Origin: Nibricoccus sp.
Lineage (GTDB): Bacteria; Verrucomicrobiota; Verrucomicrobiia; Opitutales; Opitutaceae
Length of the DNA stretch: 64,000 nucleotides
Reading direction: 5' to 3'
Assembly (NCBI GenBank): GCA_047602425.1
Contig: JASGHG010000001.1
Location: forward strand, 3,712,001 to 3,776,000
Every line of letters begins with the position of its first letter. Position 1 is the stretch's first letter. This document shows, one piece after another, positions 1 through 9,135 of the stretch. The translations under genes and the position numbers were made by a program. Below the pieces are notes generated by a model. The model saw only the letters and a list, made by a program, of their open reading frames with translations. It ran no database searches and was not told the origin of the DNA.

Positions 1-152
1 GTGCGCGCAACCGTCATGCGAAGATTTTCGACGAGCTCGGTGAGTTCTGAGAGAAGTTCGGCGCCTTCGCCGGGGGCCATCTTCGGAGTTTGTACGCCGA
101 TGAGGAAGGCGCGTTCGCGTTTGTCGGAGCGGGTAACGAGGAAGTCGGCCAT
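1..152 (-). CDS. hflX: GTPase HflX, N-terminal fragment (runs off left edge)
   Basis: Manual translation from ATG at 152 gives MADFLVTRSDKRERAFLIGVQTPKMAPGEGAELLSELTELVENLRMTVAR, resembling the HflX N-terminus (ERAxLVGV...L.EL.EL). Not in the ORF track; only 50 codons visible. Confidence 0.65.
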   Translation of the reverse strand, partial: MADFLVTRSDKRERAFLIGVQTPKMAPGEGAELLSELTELVENLRMTVAR

Positions 153-273
153 TAATGAAGGGCGGTCAACTTGTCGCGCACTCGCCGGAATGGCGAGAGG
201 GAAACACGAACGATAACACGGTGCTACGACCGCGAAATAGGGCCGGGATTTTTGCTAAGCCCGCCCTGCAATC

Positions 274-351
274 TTGTCATTTAATAGATGACAACGGATC
301 AATTTCCGCGGGGGCAACATAACCATAAGTTTGTCATCTAATAGATGACGA
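274..351. repeat. Two copies of a 21-bp palindrome (TTGTCATT-TAATA-GATGACAA at 274-294; TTGTCATC-TAATA-GATGACGA at 331-351)
   Basis: Read directly; members of a dispersed TAWTA-centred palindrome family (see findings). Confidence 0.85.
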
Positions 352-827
352 GCAGTGTGGGATGTTGTGGTTTGAGTGCGGAAGAAAGGAGGATTGGGCG
401 GGAATTCTGGTGGGCGAAGGGATTTTTGGGGATGGCGGCGCGCCGGGAATCGGTTGCGCGCGCACGAGTTTCTGGGCGTTACGTTACCTCGTGTTTTCAA
501 TTGCTGGTGAGCATGGGCTGGGGCCGGCGGTGCAGGCGTGCGCTTGGGGATCTGCATGGGCCTTCAAATGGAAGGAGTGGGCTTAATCGAATTTTGGGGA
601 CGGCGGGAGGTTGGATTGCAATGCGATTCTCAACATCACTGGTGCGGAAGAATGCGATTTTCGCGAAAGAGGTGCGGCGTGGTGGAGAGCGACTGGCGGG
701 GGACGCAGGCGGTGGTGCGGTGTTAGCTGAAGGTTTTACGGTACAGCGGTGTGGCGGTTGACGCTGGGTAGAAAGAGTTGTTGGTTCTTGGCTCTCCAAT
801 CGAAACCGCCTTTCAATTTTGCCTTCA

Positions 828-2405
828 ATGTCCGGCCAACCCAATGTCTTGATCGTCGATCGCGATGCCCATGCGGCGGTGACGGTGGAAGGATTGCTTA
901 AGGCGGCGGGCTATGAGCAGGTGGTGATCGCGCCGGATGCCGGTCGGGCTCATGCGTGCGCGCGTCCGGACTTGATGTTGTTTGCGCTCGACGCGGCCCA
1001 TATGTCCGCGCAATTGGTGCAAGCGCGCGAGCTGCAAAAACGTTGGCAGACTCCGACAATCTTTGTCGTCGACGATGGCGTTCGCGCTGAGATGGAGAAA
1101 ACAGGTTTGGTTTCACCGTCGGGTTACGTGACAAAACCGGTGGCGGCGCACGCGTTGCGTGTGGCGACCGATGCCGCCCAGCGGTTGCATCAGGTGGAAG
1201 CGCGCCTGCGCCGGATCGAATCACGACTTCAAGAAGTGCAACGTTTGCAGAGCGTCGGTGTGGTGGCGGGCGGAATCGCGCACGAATTCAACAACCTTCT
1301 CACAGGCATCTACGGTGCTGTGGCCGTCTCCCGCAAGGAACTGCCGGGCGATTCTCCCGTGGCGCGTCGTCTCGACACGATCGAAGCAGCGGCCACGCGG
1401 GCGGCGGATCTGACCCAACGTTTGAGCGTGCCGGCGGGCGATGCTTCGGCCAGTCGCGTCTTGTTGTCGCTCAACGAACTCGTGGAAGAATCGCTGGCTT
1501 TGTTGCGCGCCGACTTCAAACGGAACGTGAACCTGCAAACGGGCTTGGCGGAAAATCTACCGGCGATCAAGGCGAGCGACGCGCAGTTGCGGCAGGTGGT
1601 GCTGAATTTGGTCACCAACGCGGCGGAAGCCATCGGAGACAAGGCTGGCTGTATTCGCGTGCTGACTTACAGCAAGACTTTCGCGGTGCCGTTCGCCCAG
1701 GACGAACAGGAACTGAAACCCGGCGACTATGCGGTGCTCGAAGTCGCGGACAACGGCTGCGGCATGGATGAGATTACGCGGAGCCGGATTTTCGATCCAC
1801 TGTTTAGCACCAAAAACGCGAATCGCGGGCTGGGCTTGGCCACGGTGGCCCGCATCGTCCGGCGTCATCGCGGCCTGGTGGCGGTGGAAAGTTTTCGCGG
1901 GCAGGGCTCTTGCTTTAAAGTTTTTCTTCCCATCCAGGCCGGCACCATCCCCGCGTTCGACACCGCGCCGGGTTTGCCGGGAAGCGTTGTTTCGTCACCG
2001 CCTGTCAAGCCGGCCGAACCATCCGGCAGCGTCAATGGCACGATCATGGTGGTTGACGACGATGAAGGCGTACGCGTGATGGCGAAGTGGATCATCGAGA
2101 AAGCCGGCGGTTCGGTGGTGCTGGCGCGCGATGGCGACGAAGCCTTGCGGATCTACAAGGAGAGCCCGCAGATGTATAAACTTTTGCTCCTCGACCTGAC
2201 GATGCCACGCATGGGCGGTCTGGAGACGATGCAAAAAGTGCGGGCAATCCGACCCGACCAGCAAATCGTCATCGTGACTGGGCACAACGAAGGAGTGATC
2301 TCCGACGAAGTGCCGGAAGGCGCGGTCGGCTTTATGCAGAAGCCTTTCAATCCCGACCGGCTGCGGACGGTGTTGCGCAAATACGCTTCGACAAACGGTG
2401 CGTAA
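828..2405 (+). CDS. Hybrid sensor histidine kinase/response regulator (degenerate N-terminal receiver, HisKA, HATPase, C-terminal receiver; CckA-like)
   Basis: H-box GGIAHEFNNLL, N-box QVVLNLVTNA, G1 DNGCGM, FDPLFSTK, G2 GLGLA; C-terminal REC VVDDD...LLDLTMP...KPF. ATG at 828 chosen. Confidence 0.9.
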   Translation: MSGQPNVLIVDRDAHAAVTVEGLLKAAGYEQVVIAPDAGRAHACARPDLMLFALDAAHMSAQLVQARELQKRWQTPTIFVVDDGVRAEMEKTGLVSPSGYVTKPVAAHALRVATDAAQRLHQVEARLRRIESRLQEVQRLQSVGVVAGGIAHEFNNLLTGIYGAVAVSRKELPGDSPVARRLDTIEAAATRAADLTQRLSVPAGDASASRVLLSLNELVEESLALLRADFKRNVNLQTGLAENLPAIKASDAQLRQVVLNLVTNAAEAIGDKAGCIRVLTYSKTFAVPFAQDEQELKPGDYAVLEVADNGCGMDEITRSRIFDPLFSTKNANRGLGLATVARIVRRHRGLVAVESFRGQGSCFKVFLPIQAGTIPAFDTAPGLPGSVVSSPPVKPAEPSGSVNGTIMVVDDDEGVRVMAKWIIEKAGGSVVLARDGDEALRIYKESPQMYKLLLLDLTMPRMGGLETMQKVRAIRPDQQIVIVTGHNEGVISDEVPEGAVGFMQKPFNPDRLRTVLRKYASTNGA

Positions 2406-2484
2406 GGGAGTTTTGCGCGCAGGATGAATCGGGTTGCAGGACAGGGTTGCACCGCGGCGATTCGCCCACCACGTTTCCCGGCTC

Positions 2485-4293
2485 ATGGCCCTTTTTAGCC
2501 TTCTCGACGTCAATCTCTGCTTCGGTGGTCCCGCGATCCTTGAAAACGTAAACTTTCAGGTGAACGAGGGCGAACGCGTCTGTTTGCTCGGTCGTAATGG
2601 CGCCGGGAAATCCACGCTGATGCGTGTCATCGCGGGCGAAATGAAGCCCGATACCGGCGCGGTTTTCCGGCAGCCCGGCTCGTTGTTCACGCGGCTCACG
2701 CAGGAGATTCCCAACGACATCACCGGCAGCGTGCACGACGTGGTTTGGTCGGGGCTGCGCCCGCCGCACGACCACGAGGAAGATTGGGAACGCGAAATTC
2801 GCGTCGAGCAACTGCTCGAACGCCTCAAGCTCCCTGGCAACGTCGCCTTCACCGAACTTTCGGGCGGACTCAAGCGCCGCACGCTCCTTGCGCGGGCTCT
2901 TGCCGGCCAGCCCGATCTGCTACTGCTCGATGAACCGACCAATCATCTAGATCTAGAATCGATCCTCTGGCTCGAAGAGTTTCTACTCACTGCAAAAATC
3001 GCGCTCTTCTTTGTCACGCACGATCGCACGTTCCTGAAAAAACTCGCGACCCGCATCGTCGAACTTGACCGCGGACGGCTCGCGAGTTGGGCGTGCGACT
3101 ACGATACTTACTTGATGCGCAAGGAAGAGGTCATTGCCGCCGAGGAAAAACAACAGGCCGCCTTCGACAAAAAACTCGCACAGGAGGAAGTCTGGATTCG
3201 CAAAGGCGTAAAAGCCCAGCGTTCGCGCGCCCAAGGCCGTATTCACGCGCTGATGAAGATGCGCGAAGAACGCGCCGCCCGCCGCGATCGCACGGGCAAC
3301 GTGACCTTGAAACTCGCCGAGGCTGACCGTTCCGGCATGAAAGTGATCGACGTTGAAAATATGTCGTACGCCTGGTCAAACGGCGAAACGCTCGTGCGCG
3401 ATCTCACCACCACGATCATGCGCGGCGACAAGATCGGCATTATCGGTCCCAACGGCGCGGGTAAAACCACGCTAATCAAACTCCTCCTCGGACAGCTCGC
3501 ACCGACCAGTGGCACCGTGAAACACGGCACGAATCTCGAAATCGTCTACTTCGACCAGATGCGAGAACAGATCGACGACAACAAGACCGTGGCCGACAAC
3601 ATCGCGAATGGCAATGCGACGGTCACCATCGATGGCCGCACGCGGCATGTCATCAGCTACCTTGAGGATTTCCTCTTTTCACCGGTTCGGGCCCGCACGC
3701 CTGCGCGCGTGCTCTCCGGGGGCGAACGCAATCGTCTGCTCCTTGCGCGTCTGTTCACCAAGCCCGCCAACGTCCTTGTGCTCGACGAACCCACCAACGA
3801 TCTCGATCTCGAAACGCTCGATCTGCTGGAGGATCTGCTTGTCGAATACCAGGGCACGATGCTCCTCGTGAGTCACGACCGCGATTTCCTGGACAACGTC
3901 GTCACCAGCACGCTCGTTTTCGAAGGCAACGGCCAGATCGGCGACTACAACGGCGGCTATGCCGACTGGGTCCGCGATAAGGAAAAGCGCGCCATCGCCG
4001 CAGCACTTCGGGCCGAGGCTGAGAAAAACAAAAACGAACCAAAGCCCGTTGCCAAATCTTCCGCCAGAAAACTTACCAACAAAGAGCGCAAGGAACTGGA
4101 TGAATTGCCCGCCAGGATCGAAGCAATGGAAACCGAACAGGCGGAACTCACCGCGAAACTGGGCGATCCTGTCTTCTACAAGAATCAGGCCGCGCAATTT
4201 GCCGAAGTGAAGAAACGCCTCGATGTCCTGGAACACGAACATGCCACCGCCTTTGCGCGCTGGGAGGAACTTGAGGCACTGAAAAATTCCTGA
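2485..4293 (+). CDS. uup: ABC-F family ATP-binding protein (Uup-like)
   Basis: Two ABC domains (GRNGAGKS/LSGG/LLLDEPTNHLD; GPNGAGKT/LSGGE/LVLDEPTNDLD), inter-domain linker and C-terminal coiled coil ending ARWEELE. ATG at 2485. Confidence 0.88.
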   Translation: MALFSLLDVNLCFGGPAILENVNFQVNEGERVCLLGRNGAGKSTLMRVIAGEMKPDTGAVFRQPGSLFTRLTQEIPNDITGSVHDVVWSGLRPPHDHEEDWEREIRVEQLLERLKLPGNVAFTELSGGLKRRTLLARALAGQPDLLLLDEPTNHLDLESILWLEEFLLTAKIALFFVTHDRTFLKKLATRIVELDRGRLASWACDYDTYLMRKEEVIAAEEKQQAAFDKKLAQEEVWIRKGVKAQRSRAQGRIHALMKMREERAARRDRTGNVTLKLAEADRSGMKVIDVENMSYAWSNGETLVRDLTTTIMRGDKIGIIGPNGAGKTTLIKLLLGQLAPTSGTVKHGTNLEIVYFDQMREQIDDNKTVADNIANGNATVTIDGRTRHVISYLEDFLFSPVRARTPARVLSGGERNRLLLARLFTKPANVLVLDEPTNDLDLETLDLLEDLLVEYQGTMLLVSHDRDFLDNVVTSTLVFEGNGQIGDYNGGYADWVRDKEKRAIAAALRAEAEKNKNEPKPVAKSSARKLTNKERKELDELPARIEAMETEQAELTAKLGDPVFYKNQAAQFAEVKKRLDVLEHEHATAFARWEELEALKNS

Positions 4294-4394
4294 GCGATGG
4301 CCGGGTGGTGTTTTTTAGTTTTTCTTAGGAGCCTGCTTGCCGGCGATTTTGTTTCGGATCGCCTGCAAGCGGACGTCCGCCTTTGCTAGGCGAT

Positions 4395-5390
4395 ATGAAT
4401 CGCACCGACCGGCTTGTCGCGATGGTGATGCACCTGCAAGGCAGGCGGGTGGTGCGCGCGGAGGAGTTGGCGGCGCACTTCGAGATCAATGTGCGCACGG
4501 TTTACCGCGACATCGCGTCGCTGGCCGAGTCCGGCGTGCCAATTTGTGGCGAAGCGGGCGTGGGTTACACCTTGATGAAGGGCTATCATCTGCCGCCGGT
4601 CATGCTGACGGCGGAGGAAGCCATGGCGCTTTTTGTCGGTGGCGAAATGGTCAAGCAATTCGCCGACGCCTCCCTGCGTGCGCCGATGGCATCCGCACTC
4701 GCGAAGCTCCGTTCGGTTCTGCCGCGTGAACGTCAGGACGATCTCGACCGGCTTTCCGAGGCGACGGCGATTTTTGGCGAGTCGCGGCTGCCATCCGGCC
4801 TCGATCAACGCATGCTGCTGCCAATCCAGCAGGCCATTGTCGCACGTCGTGTGTTGAAGATGACCTATCGTGCGAAAGCTCGCGACGACGACACGATTCG
4901 TGAAATCGAACCACTCGGCGTAACCTATCACAGTGGGGCGTGGTATCTGGTGGCGTGGTGCCGACTGCGGAAGGATTTTCGCTATTTCAAAATCGAGCGC
5001 ATGCGTGCCTTGGAAATGTTGACCGAACGCTTTGCGCCGCGCCCGGATTTTTCATTGCGTGAACATCTGAGGGCGTGGCGTGACTCCGCCGAGCGTTTTG
5101 TTGTGCGTGTCTGGTTTTCGCCCGACGCAGTGGAGCGGGCCAAACGCGAGAGCCACGCGGAGATCAAGGAGGAGTTGGCGGCTCGCGGTGGCTTCGATGT
5201 GACGATGGAAACGTATTCGCTCGAATGGTTCGCTCGGTGGATTTTATCGTTTGGAGCGGATGCGGAAGCGCTGGCGCCGGCGAAGTTGCGAACGCTGGTC
5301 GAGAGCGAGGCGAAGGCGTTGCTTTGGCGCTATTCGAAGGCGAAAGACCGCGAAGCTCCGCCAAAACGCAAGCGGTTGTCTAATGTGTGA
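4395..5390 (+). CDS. YafY-family HTH-WYL-WCX transcriptional regulator
   Basis: MNRTDRL...ELAAHFEINVRTVYRDI HTH; GAWYLVAWCRLRKDFRYFKIERM WYL motif; C-terminal WILSFG. Confidence 0.92.
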   Translation: MNRTDRLVAMVMHLQGRRVVRAEELAAHFEINVRTVYRDIASLAESGVPICGEAGVGYTLMKGYHLPPVMLTAEEAMALFVGGEMVKQFADASLRAPMASALAKLRSVLPRERQDDLDRLSEATAIFGESRLPSGLDQRMLLPIQQAIVARRVLKMTYRAKARDDDTIREIEPLGVTYHSGAWYLVAWCRLRKDFRYFKIERMRALEMLTERFAPRPDFSLREHLRAWRDSAERFVVRVWFSPDAVERAKRESHAEIKEELAARGGFDVTMETYSLEWFARWILSFGADAEALAPAKLRTLVESEAKALLWRYSKAKDREAPPKRKRLSNV

Positions 5391-5398
5391 GGAAAATC

Positions 5399-5436
5399 GC
5401 TCCTGACATAATGTTGTCAGGAGCTTGTGGTAGGTT
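5399..5436 (+). promoter_or_regulatory. Perfect inverted repeat GCTCCTGACA-N6-TGTCAGGAGC followed by a TA-N3-T -10-like element; candidate WYL-regulator operator/promoter
   Basis: 10-bp perfect arms at 5399-5408 and 5415-5424; TGTCAG-N10-TAGGTT lies between the WYL gene and the VOC gene. Confidence 0.7.
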
Positions 5437-5476
5437 GGGCGTGTCCGAAACAACAACCTTCATTCGTTGATACATC

Positions 5477-5848
5477 ATGACTCGCGTCACAGAAATTGCT
5501 TTCACCGGTTATCCGGTCACCGACCTCGCCGCCGCCCGTGCATTTTACGAGGGCGTTTTGCAGCTTAAAACTTCGTCCGTGTTCGATTGTGGTGCAGGTC
5601 AATGGATCGAGTACGACATCGGCCCCGGGACGCTTGCCATCACCAACATGTCGCCGGAGTGGAAGCCTTCTGCGAGCGGTCCATCCGTAGCGCTGGAGGT
5701 CGCGGATTTCAACGAAGCGATAGCGGCTTTGCGGGCGGCATCCGCGAAGTTTGTGCTCGAACCAATGGAGAGCCCGGTCTGCCAACTGGCGGTGGTGCTC
5801 GATCCGGCGGGTAACTCACTGACGATCCACAAACGCAAGGCTGGCTGA
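5477..5848 (+). CDS. VOC/glyoxalase family protein
   Basis: YPVTDLAAARAFYEGVL...SVALEVADF...VLDPAGNSLTIH, typical VOC pattern. Confidence 0.88.
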   Translation: MTRVTEIAFTGYPVTDLAAARAFYEGVLQLKTSSVFDCGAGQWIEYDIGPGTLAITNMSPEWKPSASGPSVALEVADFNEAIAALRAASAKFVLEPMESPVCQLAVVLDPAGNSLTIHKRKAG

Positions 5849-5882
5849 GTAAAACCATCAACAACCACCAAGGGAGGAAATC

Positions 5883-6332
5883 ATGAGCATGAACGCAAAA
5901 AATAGAACACGGTCCCAGGGGCTTTTTTCCTTCGGGCTGGTGACGGAAAAGTTTTTTGAAACGTGGGATTTTTATACGGAGATGCTGGGATTTCGTACGC
6001 TCGATGAAAACGAGACCTGTGTGTTGCTCATGCATCCTTCTGGCGTGCGACTGGAGGTTCTTAAGCACGAAACCAACGAGCGTGACGCGGAGCTGGTGAG
6101 CGCGACGGATGGCCGCGGTTTTTGGCTCAACTTGGAGGTTGATGATGTGGAGGCCGAGTATCGACGCCTCTGCGCCGGCGGCGTGCAACTGGTGCATCCG
6201 CCGGAAGAGCGAACCAGCGGACGCCGAACTTTCACCGTGCGGGATCCGAACGGCGTTCTGATCAGCATCGCCAATCGTTGGGAGACACCAGTTTCCCTCT
6301 GTCAATGCAGCGCCGAGGTAGGGAATTCTTGA
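5883..6332 (+). CDS. VOC/glyoxalase family protein
   Basis: DFYTEMLGF...LNLEVDDVEAEYRRL...RTFTVRDPNGVLI; strong RBS GGGAGGA upstream. Confidence 0.85.
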   Translation: MSMNAKNRTRSQGLFSFGLVTEKFFETWDFYTEMLGFRTLDENETCVLLMHPSGVRLEVLKHETNERDAELVSATDGRGFWLNLEVDDVEAEYRRLCAGGVQLVHPPEERTSGRRTFTVRDPNGVLISIANRWETPVSLCQCSAEVGNS

Positions 6333-6365
6333 TACAGGCTTCCAACGACGCCGTAGAAGCTTGTG

Positions 6366-6394
6366 AAAAGTGTCACGTATTACGTGACACTTTT
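6366..6394. repeat. Perfect palindrome AAAAGTGTCACG-TATTA-CGTGACACTTTT (dispersed family member; may also act as a terminator between convergent genes)
   Basis: 12-bp perfect arms read directly. Confidence 0.85.
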
Positions 6395-6465
6395 TGGGGC
6401 ATCAAACATCAGAACGAGGGCCGCGGTTGGTGAGCTGAGGAAGCTATTGGCGATTTGACCGAGGT

Positions 6466-7899
6466 TCAGGCGGGCAAGATCAGTTTTGCTCTGCAACCTC
6501 CCTCCGGGCGGTTTTCCAAGGTGATTTCACCGTGGTGAAGATGGGCGATTTCGCGGACGAAGCTGAGGCCGAGGCCGGTACCTTTGGCGCCCGTGTCGGG
6601 GCGGGGGAGGGAATAGAAACGTTCGAAGACTTTGTCGCGGGCGTAGTCGGGAAGGCCGGGGCCGCTGTCTTCGATTTTGACGCTGGCTTGGTGGGCGTGG
6701 CTGGTTATAGTAAGGACAATTACGGAGCCGGGAGAGGAAAACTCGGCGGCATTTTGAAGGAGATTGGCGAGGGCCTGCTGGAGGAGAAAGCGCTCTCCTT
6801 GCACGGTGACCGGGGCGGAGGCTCGGAGATCGACCGTGAGGCGGCGGGTGTGGAGCGTACCGGCAAGGCTGTCGATTACAGTGCGGGCGAGGGCGGCGAA
6901 TTCGACGGATTCGGTGGGGCCGAGGCCCTTGCGGGCTTCGAGTGCGGAAAGTTGGAGGAGTTTGTCGATGAGCTGCTGGATGCGGGCGGATTCGCGCTGG
7001 ATATTGGCGAGGAACTTTTCGCGCTGGTCGGCGGGCATGCCGTGTTCCTGAAGAAGTTCGGCGGCACCGCGGATGGCGGAGAGCGGAGCTTTGATTTCGT
7101 GAGTGAGCGTCTGGGTGTAACGCTCGACGTATTGCTTACCTTCGAGGGCGTCGCGCATCTCGTCGAAAGCCGTTTGAAGCGTGGTGACTTCGCGGCCGGC
7201 GAGACGGGGAAGTTTGGCAGGTTTGCCATCGCGGACGGCGCGGGCATAAGTGGTGAGACGCTCGATGGGCGTAGTGAGCCAGACGGAGAAGGCGAAGCCG
7301 GTGAGAATCACCAAGGCGCCACCGCCAAAACCGGCCCAGAGAATACGACGTCGGGCGACGGCAACGAGTTCATTGATGTAGCGCGTGGGTTTGCCCACGG
7401 TGAGGCAGCCGATGATTTGATTATTTGCTCGTATCGGGGCCGCGACATGGATGACGAGGGAGGCATCGTTGTCGGGGTCTGCACGGCTGCCGCGAGCGCC
7501 ATATTCGCCGGCGAGCGTGAGACGAACATCGCGCCAGAGGGAATAATCGTGGCCCTCATGCAGGCCGCGATTGGAATCGTAAATGACGATGCCCTTGGCG
7601 TCGGTGACGTAGATGCGGAGATCGATATCCGTTTTGCGGAGGGAATAAATGAGCGCGTTGACGGTGCGTTCGTAAGCGGGGTCGAAGAGGCGGTGGAGAG
7701 CGTCGGGGACCAGACGGGCATCGGAGACGGCCTCGGCTTCGGCGGCGGCGGCGAAGAGATTGGCGGCATCGACGAGGGATTCCTCCATCGATTCGAGGTA
7801 GCGCGGGCGGACGGAGTTCATGGCCCAACCGATCAGGTACCAAACGCCACCGCCAACGAGGAGGAGGTAGACAAGGAAAATGCGGGTGCGAATGGCCAT
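6466..7899 (-). CDS. creC: Two-component sensor histidine kinase CreC
   Basis: VRPRYLESMEESLVDAAN, DYSLWRDVRLTLAGEYGAR, LEGKQYVERYTQTLTHEIKAPLSAIRGAAELL, FERFYSLPRP, all characteristic of CreC. ATG at 7899. Confidence 0.88.
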   Translation of the reverse strand: MAIRTRIFLVYLLLVGGGVWYLIGWAMNSVRPRYLESMEESLVDAANLFAAAAEAEAVSDARLVPDALHRLFDPAYERTVNALIYSLRKTDIDLRIYVTDAKGIVIYDSNRGLHEGHDYSLWRDVRLTLAGEYGARGSRADPDNDASLVIHVAAPIRANNQIIGCLTVGKPTRYINELVAVARRRILWAGFGGGALVILTGFAFSVWLTTPIERLTTYARAVRDGKPAKLPRLAGREVTTLQTAFDEMRDALEGKQYVERYTQTLTHEIKAPLSAIRGAAELLQEHGMPADQREKFLANIQRESARIQQLIDKLLQLSALEARKGLGPTESVEFAALARTVIDSLAGTLHTRRLTVDLRASAPVTVQGERFLLQQALANLLQNAAEFSSPGSVIVLTITSHAHQASVKIEDSGPGLPDYARDKVFERFYSLPRPDTGAKGTGLGLSFVREIAHLHHGEITLENRPEGGCRAKLILPA

Positions 7900-7921
7900 G
7901 GGTTTAATCGGGTCGAGTTGG

Positions 7922-8112
7922 GCCACGGAGGGCACAGAGCTCGGACACAGAGGTCACGGAGGAAGGAGGGGACGCCTAGGTGTTTTGGCTGCGAATGGAG
8001 GAGGAATATGGTGAAGAAAAGAAAACGAGAAAGATAAGAGAAAAGATGCGACTAACGGTTCAATGAATTGTTCTCTGTGCTCTTCGTGTCCGAGCTCCGT
8101 GTCCCCTGTGGC
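7922..8112. repeat. Intergenic long hairpin element, copy 1: 40-bp inverted arms built from CAC(A/G)GAG-like units
   Basis: Left arm 7922-7961 and the reverse complement of 8073-8112 are 31/40 identical. Confidence 0.8.
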
Positions 8113-8132
8113 GAGAAAAAGTCGTGCTTTTC

Positions 8133-8876
8133 TTACTCTCTCAGGGAATACCCGAGGCCACGGTGGGTTTGGATGGGATCGGCGGTGTTGTCGATGGCGC
8201 GCAGTTTGGCGCGGAGCATTTTGATGTGGGCGTCGACAGTGCGATCGAGACTGGCGGCAGGTTCTTCCCATGCTGCGGTCATGAGCTGGTCGCGCGAGAA
8301 GACGCGCCCGGGATGGGCGAGCAAGGCCTTGAGCAGACGGAATTCGTAGCGGGTGAGGTCGAGCGGCTGGCCGCGATAGGCAATCTGGCAGCGGATTTCG
8401 TCGAGGGAGAAAGAGGACGTTTCGGGTTTGTGATTGGGAGTTTGGGTAGGAGAGAAAGGAGACGCGGACTGAGTGGCGACTGGCGTCAGAGCCGGTGGTG
8501 TTTTGCCATGACCGTTGGTTCGGCGAAGGATGGCTTTGACGCGGGCGGTGAGTTCGCGGGGACTGAAGGGTTTAACGAGATAGTCGTCACCGCCAATTTC
8601 GAGTCCCACGACGCGGTCGATCTCGGCGGCGCGAGCGGTGAGAAAGATAATCGGCACCTCGGAACGGGTGCGGATGCTTTTGCAGAATTCGAAACCCGAC
8701 CCGTCAGGCAGGCCGATATCGAGCACGACGAGGGCGAACGATTGGTTGGAGAGGGCAGCCAGTCCGGCCTGGCCGGTGGCGCACCAATGCGGGTCGAAAC
8801 CCTCGGTTTTCAGAGCATAGATGAGCGTGTCGGCAATGGCGGGCTCGTCTTCGATGATAAGAATTTTTTGGGGCAC
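8133..8876 (-). CDS. creB: Two-component response regulator CreB (OmpR family)
   Basis: KILIIEDEPAIADTLIYAL..EGF; VLDIGLPDGSG; LDLTRYEFRLL; DRTVDAHIK; IQTHRGLGYSL; adjacent to creC. Confidence 0.88.
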   Translation of the reverse strand: MPQKILIIEDEPAIADTLIYALKTEGFDPHWCATGQAGLAALSNQSFALVVLDIGLPDGSGFEFCKSIRTRSEVPIIFLTARAAEIDRVVGLEIGGDDYLVKPFSPRELTARVKAILRRTNGHGKTPPALTPVATQSASPFSPTQTPNHKPETSSFSLDEIRCQIAYRGQPLDLTRYEFRLLKALLAHPGRVFSRDQLMTAAWEEPAASLDRTVDAHIKMLRAKLRAIDNTADPIQTHRGLGYSLRE

Positions 8877-9135
8877 GCGGAAAAGTCGTACTCAAAGTGG
8901 TGGAGTGGTAGCGGAAGCAGGTCAATGCGGTGAGCAGTCCGACCTGCAAGTTGCGAGGCCGGTCTCGGGCGATGGCACGTTGATTCAATGGGCGGGAAGA
9001 GAGCGCGCAGCCGAAGATTTTAGAAAAAATTTACAACGCCAACTCTCCCGTCGTTTGGAGGAGAGGAAGAACCCCTAGACGCAGGCTTGGCACTTTAGAT
9101 TTGTGCGAAAAGAGCCGATAAAACCGGATACATCT

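Noticed and set aside
255..844. Several 60-138-aa ORFs between hflX and the hybrid kinase
   Set aside because: Mutually overlapping, atypical composition and no recognisable motifs; treated as intergenic.
6532..8037. 501-aa ORF on the + strand (likewise 8124-8933, 11701-13011, 13481-14671, 32727-33743, 39302-40360, 57144-58457)
   Set aside because: Antisense shadows of well-supported genes, expected in GC-rich DNA with strong codon bias; no motifs.
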